Source: Candidatus Omnitrophota bacterium (GTDB lineage Bacteria; Omnitrophota; Omnitrophia; Omnitrophales; Aquincolibacteriaceae). Taken from it: a stretch of 64,000 bases of DNA. How positions within the stretch are numbered: the stretch's first letter is position 1; each line of letters starts with the position of its first letter. The notes below the pieces were generated by a model. The model was not told where the DNA came from and did not search any database. It was given only the letters and a program-made list of their open reading frames with translations. Positions 1-10,056 of this stretch are shown here, piece after piece. The stretch covers positions 66,005-130,004 of the forward strand of contig JAYTHE010000032.1 in the NCBI GenBank assembly GCA_043732705.1, given 5' to 3'. The translations under genes and the position numbers were made by a program.

Positions 1-379
1 TCAAATGAGCTCAGTGATTAAGAATTTATTGGTGATGCCTAAGAACATGATGGCCAATATGGAAAAGAGCCGCGGAATTGTATTTTCCCAGGGGCTTTTG
101 TTGAAGCTCGTCCGCAAAGATCTCACCCGCGAAGAAGGCTATGCGCTGGTTCAACGCGCGGCCAAAAAAGTTTGGGACGAAGGCATTACGTTGAAAGAAG
201 CCGTGCTTTCCGATGACGCATTGATGCAGCATTTATCCCGTCAGGAAGTTGAAGAAGCTTTTGATTATGATTATCACATGCGCAACGTGCCGGTGATTAT
301 GGAACGTGCAGGAATTCCTGTGCGGACGGCTCAGGCCCGTAAAGAAGCGCGCATTAAAGAAAAGGAAATACGGAGATGA
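1..379 (+). CDS. purB: Adenylosuccinate lyase, C-terminal part (gene starts before window)
   Basis: NMEKSRGIVFSQ..LL.LVRK.LTREEGYALVQ resembles the ASL C-terminal domain; directly upstream of purC. Confidence 0.85.
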   Translation, partial: QMSSVIKNLLVMPKNMMANMEKSRGIVFSQGLLLKLVRKDLTREEGYALVQRAAKKVWDEGITLKEAVLSDDALMQHLSRQEVEEAFDYDYHMRNVPVIMERAGIPVRTAQARKEARIKEKEIRR

Positions 380-1293
380 GTACCATGACTCAAAACGTTA
401 AGACAGTTTATCAAACCGAACTTAATCTTCCCGTCGTCGGCCGCGGCAAAGTGCGCGATATTTATGCCGTGGGCTCCGACAAGCTTTTGCTTGTAACATC
501 CGATCGCTTGAGCGCTTTCGATGTAGTTTTGCCTGATCCGATCCCAAACAAGGGCAAAGTTCTCAACCAGCTCACGATTTTTTGGTTGGATTATTTTAAA
601 AATATTATTCCGCAGCATTTGCTTTCAACGGATGTGAAGACGATGGGACTGCCTGCGGATGTTCTGGCGAAGCATGGCGAATTGCTCGAGGGGCGTTCCG
701 TTCTCGTCAAGCGTGCCAAGCCTTTGCCGATCGAGTGCGTTGTACGCGGATATATTACGGGTTCGGGTTGGAAAGATTATTTGAAGACCGGCTCTGTGTG
801 TGGACACAAGCTTCCAGAGGGTCTTAAACAATGTGAGAAATTCCCCGAGCCGCTTTTTACGCCCGCGACCAAAGCCGAAAGCGGACATGATGAAAACATT
901 GATTTTGAAACGGCAGCGAAACTTTGCGGAAAAGAAATTGCCGAAAAAGTGCGCGAGCTTTCAATTATGCTTTATGAAAAAGGTGCGGAATTTGCAAAAA
1001 CCAAAGGAATCATCATCGCCGATACAAAATTTGAATTTGGAATTTTGGATGGAAAGCTTATTTTGATCGACGAAGTATTGACGCCGGATAGTTCGCGTTT
1101 CTGGCCCGCGGATCAATATGAAGTGGGGCATGACCAGCCGAGTTTTGATAAACAGATTGTGCGTAACTATTTAGACGGTTTGGATTGGAATAAGGAAGCT
1201 CCGGGGCCGAAGTTGCCCGCGGATATCGCGCTGAAGACCGGTCTTGCTTATGTAGCCGCATATGAAAAATTGACAAACAAAAAATTTAGTTAG
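376..1293 (+). CDS. purC: SAICAR synthetase
   Basis: RGKVRDIY, SDRLSAFDVV, IADTKFEFG and DEVLTPDSSRFW motifs. Confidence 0.97.
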   Translation: MSTMTQNVKTVYQTELNLPVVGRGKVRDIYAVGSDKLLLVTSDRLSAFDVVLPDPIPNKGKVLNQLTIFWLDYFKNIIPQHLLSTDVKTMGLPADVLAKHGELLEGRSVLVKRAKPLPIECVVRGYITGSGWKDYLKTGSVCGHKLPEGLKQCEKFPEPLFTPATKAESGHDENIDFETAAKLCGKEIAEKVRELSIMLYEKGAEFAKTKGIIIADTKFEFGILDGKLILIDEVLTPDSSRFWPADQYEVGHDQPSFDKQIVRNYLDGLDWNKEAPGPKLPADIALKTGLAYVAAYEKLTNKKFS

Positions 1294-1301
1294 TTTTTGT
1301 T

Positions 1302-1367
1302 TGTCATCCCCGCGAAGGCGGGGATCCAGTTACTAAAGACTAGATTCCCGCCTTCGCGGGAATGACA
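1302..1367. repeat. REP/dRS3-like palindromic element
   Basis: 29-bp arms tgtcatccccgcgaaggcggggatccagt (1302-1330) and actagattcccgccttcgcgggaatgaca (1339-1367) are near-perfect inverted repeats; each arm is itself a hairpin. Confidence 0.85.
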
Positions 1368-1388
1368 GAGAAGATTTGGAGAAACAGT

Positions 1389-1640
1389 ATGAAATTTAAA
1401 GCCAAAGTTTTAGTTTATCTTAAAAAATCAATTCTCGACGCGCAGGGTAATACAACTTTACACGCTTTGAAGAAAATCGGTTTTGCCGAAACCGAGAGCC
1501 TGCGTATCGGAAAGTATTTTGATTTGACGCTCGAAGCTGCTTCTCAGGCTGAAGCTGAAGCAAAAGCTAAGAAAATGAGTGAGCAGGTTCTTGCAAACAC
1601 CGTCATGGAAGACTTTTCAGTTGAGGTGAAAGCGCAATGA
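1389..1640 (+). CDS. purS: FGAM synthase subunit PurS
   Basis: [14 protein letters not shown] and LANTVMEDF motifs; ATG at 1389 preferred because the track start lies inside the palindrome. Confidence 0.93.
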   Translation: MKFKAKVLVYLKKSILDAQGNTTLHALKKIGFAETESLRIGKYFDLTLEAASQAEAEAKAKKMSEQVLANTVMEDFSVEVKAQ

Positions 1641-2338
1641 AAGCGGCTGTCATCGTTTTTCCGGGATCAAACTGCGACACAGACTGTCAGCATGCTTTAC
1701 AGAATGTCATGGGTATTTCAACTGAAATGGTTTGGCATAAAGATGCCGTGCTGCCCAAAGTTGATTTAGTCGTTTTGCCGGGCGGATTCAGCTACGGCGA
1801 TTATCTGCGCACTGGCGCGATTGCAAAATTTTCGCCGATTATGGAGCAGGTAAAAAAGCATGCCGAACGCGGCGGGCTTGTGATCGGCATCTGCAACGGT
1901 TTTCAAATTCTTCTGGAAGCAGGGCTTTTACCGGGAGCGATGCTGCGTAACCGTAATCAGCATTTTATCTGTAAGCATGTTTGGTTGAAAACGGAATCCA
2001 ACCAAACGTCGTTTACAAGTATATTGAAGACAGGCGAGCTTTTGAATGTTCCCGTGGCACACGGTGAGGGCAATTATTACTGTGACGATGCGACACTTAA
2101 ATCTTTACAGGAAGGCAAACAGATTATTTTTACGTATTCGAATGAAAAAGGTGAAGTGAATGAAAATACGAATATTAATGGATCGCGCGCCAATATCGCG
2201 GGCATTTGTAACGCAAAACGTAATGTGCTTGGCATGATGCCGCATCCTGAACGCGCCAGTGAATCAGTTTTAAGTTCATGGGACGGAAAAAAGATTTGGG
2301 AAAGTTTATTGAGTCAGGCCGGAGTGGCGCTCAAATGA
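1637..2338 (+). CDS. purQ: FGAM synthase glutaminase subunit PurQ
   Basis: [26 protein letters not shown] and GMMPHPER motifs. Confidence 0.97.
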   Translation: MKAAVIVFPGSNCDTDCQHALQNVMGISTEMVWHKDAVLPKVDLVVLPGGFSYGDYLRTGAIAKFSPIMEQVKKHAERGGLVIGICNGFQILLEAGLLPGAMLRNRNQHFICKHVWLKTESNQTSFTSILKTGELLNVPVAHGEGNYYCDDATLKSLQEGKQIIFTYSNEKGEVNENTNINGSRANIAGICNAKRNVLGMMPHPERASESVLSSWDGKKIWESLLSQAGVALK

Positions 2339-4590
2339 CAACAACTGCTGTGGAAAAAAAGATGACACCCGAAATTATCAAGGCGCATGGGATTACAACC
2401 GACGAATACAGCCGGATTTTAAAAATCCTCGGCCGCGAACCGAATTTGACCGAGCTCGGAATGTTTAGCGTGATGTGGAGCGAGCATTGCTCCTACAAAA
2501 ATTCAAAGCCCATTCTCAAATTATTTTCAAAAATGAATGCGGATTTGCCGCGCCAGGAACAGCTTCTCGTGAAGCCGGGCGAAGAAAATGCGGGCATTAT
2601 TGATATCGGCGACGGCTGGGCGATTTGTTTTAAAATCGAAAGTCATAATCATCCTTCCGCGATTGAGCCGTTTCAAGGTGCCGCAACCGGCGTGGGCGGG
2701 ATCTTGCGTGACATTTTTACCATGGGCGCGCGGCCTGTATTGCTCATGAATTCATTACGTTTCGGAGATTTGAAGCAGCCGATTACACAGCGTTTATTTA
2801 AAGGTGTTGTTGCGGGTATCAGCCATTATGGTAATTGCATGGGGATTCCGACGGCGGGCGGCGAAGTTTATTTTGATCCTTGCTACGAAGGCAATCCGCT
2901 TGTGAATGCAATGGCGCTGGGCCTTATCCGTTCGGATGAAATTGTGCGCGGCAGCGCAACCGGCATCGGAAATTCAGTTTATTATCTTGGCGCGGCAACC
3001 GGACGCGACGGACTCGGCGGCGCGGCCTTCGCATCCAAAGAACTTTCTGAAGAAAGCCACGAAGACCGACCTGCGGTTCAAGCCGGCGATCCGTTTATGG
3101 AAAAGCTTTTGCTTGAAGCCTGCCTCGAACTTTTAAAAACCGACGCGGTTGTAGGTATGCAAGATATGGGCGCGGCGGGATTAACTTGCGCGGGCTGCGA
3201 AACAGCATCGCGCGGAAATTCAGCGGTCGAAATTGATTTACAGTATGTGCCACGCCGCGAAACAGGAATGATTCCTTACGAAATTATGCTTTCTGAATCC
3301 CAAGAGCGCATGCTTGTGATCGTAAAAAAAGGCCGCGAAAGTGAAGTGGAACGTATTTTTGAAAAATGGGATTTACATGCGGTTCGGATCGGAGAAGTCG
3401 TTGCCGGCAATGACTATATTGTTAAAGATAACGGCAAAGTTGTTGCGCAGATTCCGGCGAAAGCTCTCGCCGATGACGGTCCGGTTTATGTGCGTGAAGA
3501 ACAGCGACCCGCATATTTAGCTGAGGCTTCAAAATTGGATTTATCTAAAATTCCCGAGCCAAAAGATTTCACCGTGACCTTGCTCAAACTTTTGGGACAT
3601 CCTTCGCTTGCAAGTAAAGCATGGGTTTGGGAACAGTACGATCACATGGTCCGTACCGACACTGTTTTTTATCCCGGTCATGATGCTGCGTTAATCCGCG
3701 TTAAAGGGACGAATAAGGGCATTGCGGTTTCGACTGATTGCAATAGCTTGTATGTTTATCTTGATCCTTATCGCGGAGGAACCATTGCCGTGGCTGAAGC
3801 GGCCCGCAATGTCGCATGTACAGGAGCGCGTCCGGTCGGTATGTCAAATTGTTTAAACTATGGTAACCCAATGAAGCCGGAAATTTTCTGGCAATTCCAT
3901 CAATCGGTTTTGGGCCTCATCGAATCCTGCAAAACACTTGAAATTCCGGTGACCGGCGGCAATGTCAGCTTTTATAATGAAAGTCCGCAAGCCGCTGTTT
4001 TTCCGACGCCGACGATTACGATTGTAGGCTTGCTTGATAATCTTGAAAATCGCGTCCCGTCTTCATTTCAAAATGAAGGTGATTTGATTTTTGTCGTGGG
4101 CGAAACCAAAAATGAAATCGGCGCCAGCCATTATTTAATGGTTGAGCATGGTTTGCAGAAAGGCGTGCCGCCGATTCTTGATTTAAAGCGTGAAAAAAAT
4201 CTTCAACAGTTTTTAATCGCAGCTGCCGCGCAGAAGCAAGTCAACTCCGCGCATGACACATCAGAAGGCGGATTGGCATTTGCACTTGCAGAATGCTGCT
4301 TTAAGAACTGTAAAGGTTTGGGCGCCGTAGTGGATGGCCTTGAGCTTATCCGTCACTCTGAACTGCGTGATGATGCGCTTTATTTCGGTGAAAGCCAGTC
4401 ACGCGTGATTATTTCTGTAAATGCCGGTAAGAAAGAATCCGTGATTAAGCTTGCAATGCAATATGACTTACCGATTCTTCCGCTTGGAAAAGTCTCTGGT
4501 AAAGAATTGATCATGGATAAGTTGCAGATTTCGGTTGAAAAAATGAAACAGGTCTTTGATTCCGCCATTCCAAACATCATGGACGCATAA
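2335..4590 (+). CDS. purL: FGAM synthase subunit PurL
   Basis: [25 protein letters not shown] and SESQERM motifs; ATG 2335 overlaps the purQ stop (ATGA). Confidence 0.97.
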   Translation: MTTTAVEKKMTPEIIKAHGITTDEYSRILKILGREPNLTELGMFSVMWSEHCSYKNSKPILKLFSKMNADLPRQEQLLVKPGEENAGIIDIGDGWAICFKIESHNHPSAIEPFQGAATGVGGILRDIFTMGARPVLLMNSLRFGDLKQPITQRLFKGVVAGISHYGNCMGIPTAGGEVYFDPCYEGNPLVNAMALGLIRSDEIVRGSATGIGNSVYYLGAATGRDGLGGAAFASKELSEESHEDRPAVQAGDPFMEKLLLEACLELLKTDAVVGMQDMGAAGLTCAGCETASRGNSAVEIDLQYVPRRETGMIPYEIMLSESQERMLVIVKKGRESEVERIFEKWDLHAVRIGEVVAGNDYIVKDNGKVVAQIPAKALADDGPVYVREEQRPAYLAEASKLDLSKIPEPKDFTVTLLKLLGHPSLASKAWVWEQYDHMVRTDTVFYPGHDAALIRVKGTNKGIAVSTDCNSLYVYLDPYRGGTIAVAEAARNVACTGARPVGMSNCLNYGNPMKPEIFWQFHQSVLGLIESCKTLEIPVTGGNVSFYNESPQAAVFPTPTITIVGLLDNLENRVPSSFQNEGDLIFVVGETKNEIGASHYLMVEHGLQKGVPPILDLKREKNLQQFLIAAAAQKQVNSAHDTSEGGLAFALAECCFKNCKGLGAVVDGLELIRHSELRDDALYFGESQSRVIISVNAGKKESVIKLAMQYDLPILPLGKVSGKELIMDKLQISVEKMKQVFDSAIPNIMDA

Positions 4591-6132
4591 ATGGACATTT
4601 TTAAGTACCAGCGGTTGCTCAAAAAAGCTCAGATGCAAGACGCGGCCGAGCGATTGCGGAGGCGTGCAAAGACGCACGCCGCACAAAAGAGCGGTGGACG
4701 CGACGCAGCAGGTGAATTTTTTCAGCAGCCGCAGCACTATTGTGGAGTGTTCGGGATTTACAACCATCCCGAAGCAGCGCGTCTAACGCATCTCGGTCTT
4801 TTCGCTTTGCAGCATCGCGGTGAAGAAGCTGCTGGTATTTGCACATCCGACGGACGTGAACTCCACCTGATTAAAAATCGCGGTCTAGTTGGAGAAGTCT
4901 TCAACGAGGAAAGTTTTGCCAAGCTTCCGGGCTCGAGCGCAATCGGACATGTTCGTTACTCAACTACCGGCTCATCCAACCTTTTAAATACCCAGCCGTA
5001 CAAAGTGAACTATTTAAAAGGACAGCTCGCGGTGGGGCATAACGGTAATTTGGTGAATGCGCAGCAACTGCGCGCGGACCTCGAAGCATCTGGCGCGATT
5101 TTTGGCAGCACGATGGATTCCGAGGTTTTTGTGCATCTTATGGCCAATCCCGCGTACCCAACGTTGGAAGAAGCTCTAACGCACACTGTAAAGAAAGTCG
5201 AGGGCGCGTACTCGCTCGTTATGCTGACTCAAAAAGAATTGATCGGCGTGCGTGATCCAAATGGTTTTCGTCCACTTTGCTTAGGTAAAATCGGCGGATG
5301 CTACGTGATTGCTTCCGAAACCTGCGCGTTTGATTTAGTGGAAGCGGAATTAATCCGTGAAATTGAACCGGGCGAAGTCGTGATTATTGACGAGAACGGA
5401 GTGAAGAGCTTTTTCCCGCACGGCCGTAACTCGCGGAAGCCCGCTCAATGTGTTTTTGAATTTGTTTATTTTGCGCGTCCCGATTCGAATATTTTCGGAA
5501 ATAACGTTGCGCTGGTACGTGAAGAATTAGGCCGTCAGCTTGCCAAAGAAACAAACGTAGCCGCTGATCTTGTCATTCCGGTGCCGGACTCAGGCAATTT
5601 TGCGGCCATGGGATATTCAAAGCAATCCGGAATTCCTTTGGGGCATGGCTTCACACGCAACCATTATATTGGGCGAACCTTTATTAATCCCGAACAGGGA
5701 CAGCGGACACTCAAAGTAAAAATTAAACTGAATCCGATTAAGCAGGTTGTGAAAGATAAACGCGTTGTGGTGGTGGATGATTCGATTGTGCGCGGCAACA
5801 CGGCAAAATCGCGCGTCAAGCTTTTGCGTGCCGCGGGAGCCAAGGAAGTGCATATGCGCATCAGCTGTCCGCCACATCTTTGGCCATGCTATTACGGGAT
5901 TGATTTTCCTTCAAAAACGGAACTGATCGCATCCAACATGGAAATCAGCGAAATCAAAAAATATTTAGATGTCGACAGCATTGGTTATCTGTCGCTCGAT
6001 GGCATGCTGCAGGCAACAGGCAAGAATCCCAACGATTTTTGCTCGGCTTGTTTTGACGGAAAGTATCCGACTAAAATTACGGATGAAATTGATAAATTGA
6101 AGCTAGAAAGAAAAACGAGTTTATTCGCATGA
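4591..6132 (+). CDS. purF: Amidophosphoribosyltransferase with an extended propeptide
   Basis: CGVFG (Ntn Cys), LQHRG, GHVRYST, VVVVDDSIVRG, PCYYGID and FCSAC motifs. Confidence 0.96.
   Translation: MDIFKYQRLLKKAQMQDAAERLRRRAKTHAAQKSGGRDAAGEFFQQPQHYCGVFGIYNHPEAARLTHLGLFALQHRGEEAAGICTSDGRELHLIKNRGLVGEVFNEESFAKLPGSSAIGHVRYSTTGSSNLLNTQPYKVNYLKGQLAVGHNGNLVNAQQLRADLEASGAIFGSTMDSEVFVHLMANPAYPTLEEALTHTVKKVEGAYSLVMLTQKELIGVRDPNGFRPLCLGKIGGCYVIASETCAFDLVEAELIREIEPGEVVIIDENGVKSFFPHGRNSRKPAQCVFEFVYFARPDSNIFGNNVALVREELGRQLAKETNVAADLVIPVPDSGNFAAMGYSKQSGIPLGHGFTRNHYIGRTFINPEQGQRTLKVKIKLNPIKQVVKDKRVVVVDDSIVRGNTAKSRVKLLRAAGAKEVHMRISCPPHLWPCYYGIDFPSKTELIASNMEISEIKKYLDVDSIGYLSLDGMLQATGKNPNDFCSACFDGKYPTKITDEIDKLKLERKTSLFA
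4612..4731. mobile_element. MITE-like palindromic element inserted in frame in purF
   Basis: Terminal inverted repeats cggttgctcaaaaaa / ttttttcagcagccg; central hairpin ggcgtgc-aaagac-gcacgcc; flanked by CAG at 4609-4611 and 4732-4734. Confidence 0.8.
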
Positions 6133-6147
6133 GCCTATTTTTGTTTT

Positions 6148-6169
6148 GCTCTGGGCTGCGCCCAACCGC
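6148..6169 (+). repeat. CTCT-hairpin-AACCG motif, copy 1
   Basis: gctc-tgggc-tgc-gccca-accgc between purF and purM. Confidence 0.75.
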
Positions 6170-6184
6170 TAAGAGGCAATAATA

Positions 6185-7216
6185 GTGACAAAAAAACCTC
6201 TGAAAAAATGGACCTACGAAGCCGCGGGTGTGCCGCATTTAAAAGGCGACCCAAAATATAACGGAGAAATCCGCAATTGGATCGGCTCAACCAAAATTCC
6301 CGGTGTGATGGGCAGTGCCACGGGCTTCGCGTCGATGTTTGATTTAAGTGCGCGGGGTATTAAAGATCCTGTTATGGTAACTTCGACGGATGGTGTGGGT
6401 ACCAAGTTGGAACTTGCGTCATTGCAAAAAAAGCATGATACGATCGGAATTGATTTGGTCGCGATGTGCGTGAACGATATTCTCGCGGTCGGTGCGGCGC
6501 CCGTTGTCTTTTTAGATTATTTTGCGACAGGAAAGTTTAATCCCAAAACGACGCGTGAAGTTTTAAGAGGTGTAGTCGAAGGCTGCCGCCAGGCCGGCTG
6601 CGCGCTTGTGGGCGGTGAAACCGCGATTATGCCCGGATTTTACCAAACATCAGGCGGACATTCACAATACGATGTGGCTGGTTTTTCAGTAGGGCTAGTT
6701 TCCAAAAGCCGGATTATCGACGGCAGTAAAATAAAAAAGGGCGATGTTGTTTTAGGTATCGCATCATCCGGCGTGCATTCAAACGGTTTTTCGCTTGTGC
6801 GGAAATTATTTTCAAAAAAGGAATTATCCGGGAAAATCGGGCAATCGCTTTTAACTCCGACGCGAATTTATGTGAAACCTGTTTTGCGTTTGATGCAGTC
6901 TGTTTCGCTCCTGGGAATCGCGAATATTACCGGAGGCGGCTTGGTTGATAATTTGCCGCGCATTTTGCCCAAAGGCCTTTCGGCCGCGATTGATGCGAAG
7001 AGTTGGACAGTACCTGATATTTTTAAAAAGATGCAAAGTGCGGGCGGTATCAATTCGCGTGAAATGTTCCGTACTTTTAATATGGGGATCGGTATGACGC
7101 TTGTCATGCGCCCTGATCATGCGGCGACAGCGCAAAAAATTTTAAAATCATTGGGTTTTGTGTCATGGAAAATCGGTCACATTGTTTCCGGTAAACAGCA
7201 AGTGGAGATTGCATGA
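6185..7216 (+). CDS. purM: AIR synthetase
   Basis: TDGVGTKL, GIDLVAMCVND, GGETAIMPG, SSGVHSNGFS and TFNMGIG motifs. Confidence 0.97.
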   Translation: MTKKPLKKWTYEAAGVPHLKGDPKYNGEIRNWIGSTKIPGVMGSATGFASMFDLSARGIKDPVMVTSTDGVGTKLELASLQKKHDTIGIDLVAMCVNDILAVGAAPVVFLDYFATGKFNPKTTREVLRGVVEGCRQAGCALVGGETAIMPGFYQTSGGHSQYDVAGFSVGLVSKSRIIDGSKIKKGDVVLGIASSGVHSNGFSLVRKLFSKKELSGKIGQSLLTPTRIYVKPVLRLMQSVSLLGIANITGGGLVDNLPRILPKGLSAAIDAKSWTVPDIFKKMQSAGGINSREMFRTFNMGIGMTLVMRPDHAATAQKILKSLGFVSWKIGHIVSGKQQVEIA

Positions 7217-8493
7217 AAGTCTTAGTGGTTGGTTCCGGCGCGCGCGAGCATGCGTTGATTTGGAAAATGAAGCAAAGTCCGATTGTTACCAAGATTTTTG
7301 CCGCGCCAGGGAATGCTGGCATCGCGGATATCGCGGAATGTGTTTCAATTAAAGTTGAAGACATTCAAGGTTTGCTTGATTTTGCTTTAACAGAAAAAAT
7401 CGGATTGACGGTAGTGGGTCCGGAAATTCCACTTGTACTCGGAATTCAAAATGCTTTTCACGAACGCGGGCTTAAAGTATTTGGACCTTCAAAAGAAGCC
7501 GCATATCTTGAAGGCAGTAAAGTTTTTTCCAAGCAAATGATGACAAAATATGGAATTCCTACCGCGGAATATGAAATCTTTTCCAACCCAAACGAAGCCA
7601 AGCATTATGTGATTGAAACTGAAATGCCGGTTGTGATTAAGGCCGATGGGCTCGCAGCGGGCAAAGGCGTTATTATTTGTGAAACAGCCGAACAGGCGGT
7701 TGCCGCAATCACGCAAATCATGGAACAAAAAATTTTCGGAGATTCCGGAAATAAGATTGTGATTGAGGAAAAATTAGAAGGCGAGGAGATTTCCGTTTTT
7801 GCTTTAACTGACGGAGAAATGGTTTTACCTTTAATCAGCGCGCGTGACCATAAGCGTGCTTATGATAATGATCAGGGGCCGAATACCGGCGGAATGGGCG
7901 CTTTTTCACCGAACCCCCAATTTTCAGATGCAGACACTCAGGAAATGGTTCGGGTCGCGATTGAACCGCTTGTGAAGGGCATGAAAAATGAAGGCAAGCC
8001 TTTTCGTGGTGTCGTATTCGCGGGGATCATGATGACGGCAAAAGGCCCGTATGTGCTTGAATACAACGCGCGTTTTGGTGACCCCGAAACCGAAGTCATT
8101 TTACCGCGTTTAAAATCCGATATAGTTCCGTTATTCCAGCAAATCAGCGAAGGCCGTTTAACGACACGGCAGCTTGATTGGGATATGCGTCCATGCATGA
8201 CCGTTGTGATGGTTTCAGGCGGTTATCCCGGTGGTTACGCCAAGGGCCATCCGATTCATGGACTTCAAGCCTCTGCGCAAAGAAAAGATGTTTGCGTGTT
8301 TCATGCTGGAACCGCTTTTAACGATTCGAAGCAAGTTGTAACGGCGGGTGGGCGTGTGCTGGCGGTAACGGCCTGGGGTGAAACTATGCGTGAGGCGTTT
8401 GACCGCGTTTACCAGGCAGTTTCCGACATTAAATTTAAAGATGCGTATTTCCGCCGCGACATAGGCAAGAAGACGTTGGAAGTACTGCGCTGA
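7213..8493 (+). CDS. purD: Phosphoribosylamine-glycine ligase
   Basis: GSGAREHA, KADGLAAGKGV, GPNTGGMG and EYNARFGDPE motifs. Confidence 0.97.
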   Translation: MKVLVVGSGAREHALIWKMKQSPIVTKIFAAPGNAGIADIAECVSIKVEDIQGLLDFALTEKIGLTVVGPEIPLVLGIQNAFHERGLKVFGPSKEAAYLEGSKVFSKQMMTKYGIPTAEYEIFSNPNEAKHYVIETEMPVVIKADGLAAGKGVIICETAEQAVAAITQIMEQKIFGDSGNKIVIEEKLEGEEISVFALTDGEMVLPLISARDHKRAYDNDQGPNTGGMGAFSPNPQFSDADTQEMVRVAIEPLVKGMKNEGKPFRGVVFAGIMMTAKGPYVLEYNARFGDPETEVILPRLKSDIVPLFQQISEGRLTTRQLDWDMRPCMTVVMVSGGYPGGYAKGHPIHGLQASAQRKDVCVFHAGTAFNDSKQVVTAGGRVLAVTAWGETMREAFDRVYQAVSDIKFKDAYFRRDIGKKTLEVLR

Positions 8494-8501
8494 TATATTT
8501 T

Positions 8502-8559
8502 GCTCTGTGCCAATGGCACAACCGCACAATTATGTTTAGCTCTGGCTTCGCTCAACCGC
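8502..8559 (+). repeat. CTCT-hairpin-AACCG motif, tandem copies 2 and 3
   Basis: gctc-tgtgcc-aat-ggcaca-accgc (8502-8525) and gctctggcttcgctcaaccgc (8539-8559). Confidence 0.75.
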
Positions 8560-8588
8560 GAAGTCTATAAAATAAGGAGAAGGTTAGT

Positions 8589-9089
8589 ATGTCAAAAGTT
8601 CAAGTATCAATTCTTATGGGCAGTGACTCGGATTGGGAAGTTATGAAAGAAGCCTATGATGCCATGAAGGAATTTGGCGTTGTAAGCGATATGAACGTGA
8701 TGTCAGCTCATCGCACGCCGCATGAAGTTGGGGAATTTGTCTCACGCGCGGTGAGTGACGGTAAGAAAGTGATTATCGCAGGCGCGGGCAGCGCGGCGCA
8801 TTTGGCGGGAGTTTGTGCGGCGCATACGACATTACCCGTTATCGGTGTTCCGCTCAATGCCACTTCATTGGGCGGATTTGACGCTTTGCTTGCTACAGTT
8901 CAAATGCCCGCAGGTATTCCTGTTGCGACTGTCGCGGTTGGGAAGTCGGGCGCGCGCAATGCAGGTATTTTGGCTGTGCAAATTTTGGCGACTTCGGACG
9001 CGGTATTGGCAAAAAAATTAACAGAATTTAAAAAGACCATGGCCGACAAAGTAAAAGAAAAAAATGCGCGCATGCAGAAGACGCTGTGA
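8589..9089 (+). CDS. purE: N5-CAIR mutase
   Basis: MGSDSD, SAHRTP, AAHLAG and QMPAGIPVATV motifs. Confidence 0.97.
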   Translation: MSKVQVSILMGSDSDWEVMKEAYDAMKEFGVVSDMNVMSAHRTPHEVGEFVSRAVSDGKKVIIAGAGSAAHLAGVCAAHTTLPVIGVPLNATSLGGFDALLATVQMPAGIPVATVAVGKSGARNAGILAVQILATSDAVLAKKLTEFKKTMADKVKEKNARMQKTL

Positions 9090-9098
9090 TATTTTTTT

Positions 9099-9117
9099 CT
9101 CTGCGTAAACGCAACCG
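9099..9117 (+). repeat. CTCT-hairpin-AACCG motif, copy 4
   Basis: ctc-tgcg-taaa-cgca-accg after the purE stop. Confidence 0.7.
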
Positions 9118-9133
9118 AGAAACCTAATAAACT

Positions 9134-9595
9134 ATGACTGAAACAGCGACAGCAGTAAAAAAAGTTTTAGTGGTTTGCACGGGGAATACATGCCGTTCTC
9201 CGATGGCGGAAGCCCTGCTCCGTTTAGAATTTAAGAAAAAAGGTTATGGCTCGCGCGTGGAAGTTTCTTCCTGCGGAACAGGAACCCGTGACGGAATTCC
9301 AGCCGCTTCAGAAGGTGTTTTTGTGATGCGTAACCGTGAAATTGATATTAGTCCGCATCGCAGCCGTAAAATCAAACCGGAATTTTTAAAAGACGCGGCC
9401 TTAATTATTGCCATGAATCCGATGCATACGGAGGCATTACTTGCGACCAATCCGGAAGTGAAGCCTAAGCTGATGACGTTTCAAATTACGGATCCGGTCG
9501 GAATGAGTATTCGTGTTTATCAGGAGACGCTTGATTCAATTCAGGTTCAAATTACAAAAGAATGGCCGGAAATCTTAAAAAGGCTGGGATTGTAA
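9134..9595 (+). CDS. Low-molecular-weight protein phosphatase (YwlE-like, Arg or Tyr phosphatase)
   Basis: P-loop VCTGNTCRSPMAE and downstream DP motif. Confidence 0.88.
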   Translation: MTETATAVKKVLVVCTGNTCRSPMAEALLRLEFKKKGYGSRVEVSSCGTGTRDGIPAASEGVFVMRNREIDISPHRSRKIKPEFLKDAALIIAMNPMHTEALLATNPEVKPKLMTFQITDPVGMSIRVYQETLDSIQVQITKEWPEILKRLGL

Positions 9596-10056
9596 TGAAT
9601 ATTCAAAAAATTGCGTTAGCCTGTGATCACCGCGGCATTGCGATTAAAAATGAAATTATCGGTTATTTAAAGAAGCGCGGAATCGAAGCGCTTGATTTTG
9701 GGACCAATACGGAAGCTTCCTGCGATTATCCCGATTTTATTTTACCGGCCGCGGTTTCGCTCTCAAAAGGCGAATCGCAACGCGCGATCGGGATTTGCTA
9801 TACGGGTATCGGCAGTGTGATTGCTGCGAATAAGGTCAAAGGTGTGCGAGCGGCTTTGGTCGAAGATGTTCCTCGCGCCCGGTTGACGCGTCAGCATAAT
9901 GATTCCAATATGCTGATTCTTGCGTCAGGTTTTCATTCCAGTAACGAATTAATGCAAATTGTCGAAGCCTGGCTCGACACCGACTTCGAAGGAGGCCGTC
10001 ATGAGCACCGCGTTCGCAAAATCGAGTCCTATGAAAACAAACACATCGCTTCTTGA
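9595..10056 (+). CDS. rpiB: Ribose-5-phosphate isomerase B family protein
   Basis: [31 protein letters not shown] and FEGGRH motifs; ATG 9595 coupled to the upstream stop (TAATG). Confidence 0.9.
   Translation: MNIQKIALACDHRGIAIKNEIIGYLKKRGIEALDFGTNTEASCDYPDFILPAAVSLSKGESQRAIGICYTGIGSVIAANKVKGVRAALVEDVPRARLTRQHNDSNMLILASGFHSSNELMQIVEAWLDTDFEGGRHEHRVRKIESYENKHIAS

Noticed and set aside
4591-4740. PurF N-terminal extension as a novel protein domain
   Set aside because: Better explained by a palindromic DNA insertion with terminal inverted repeats and a flanking CAG duplication.
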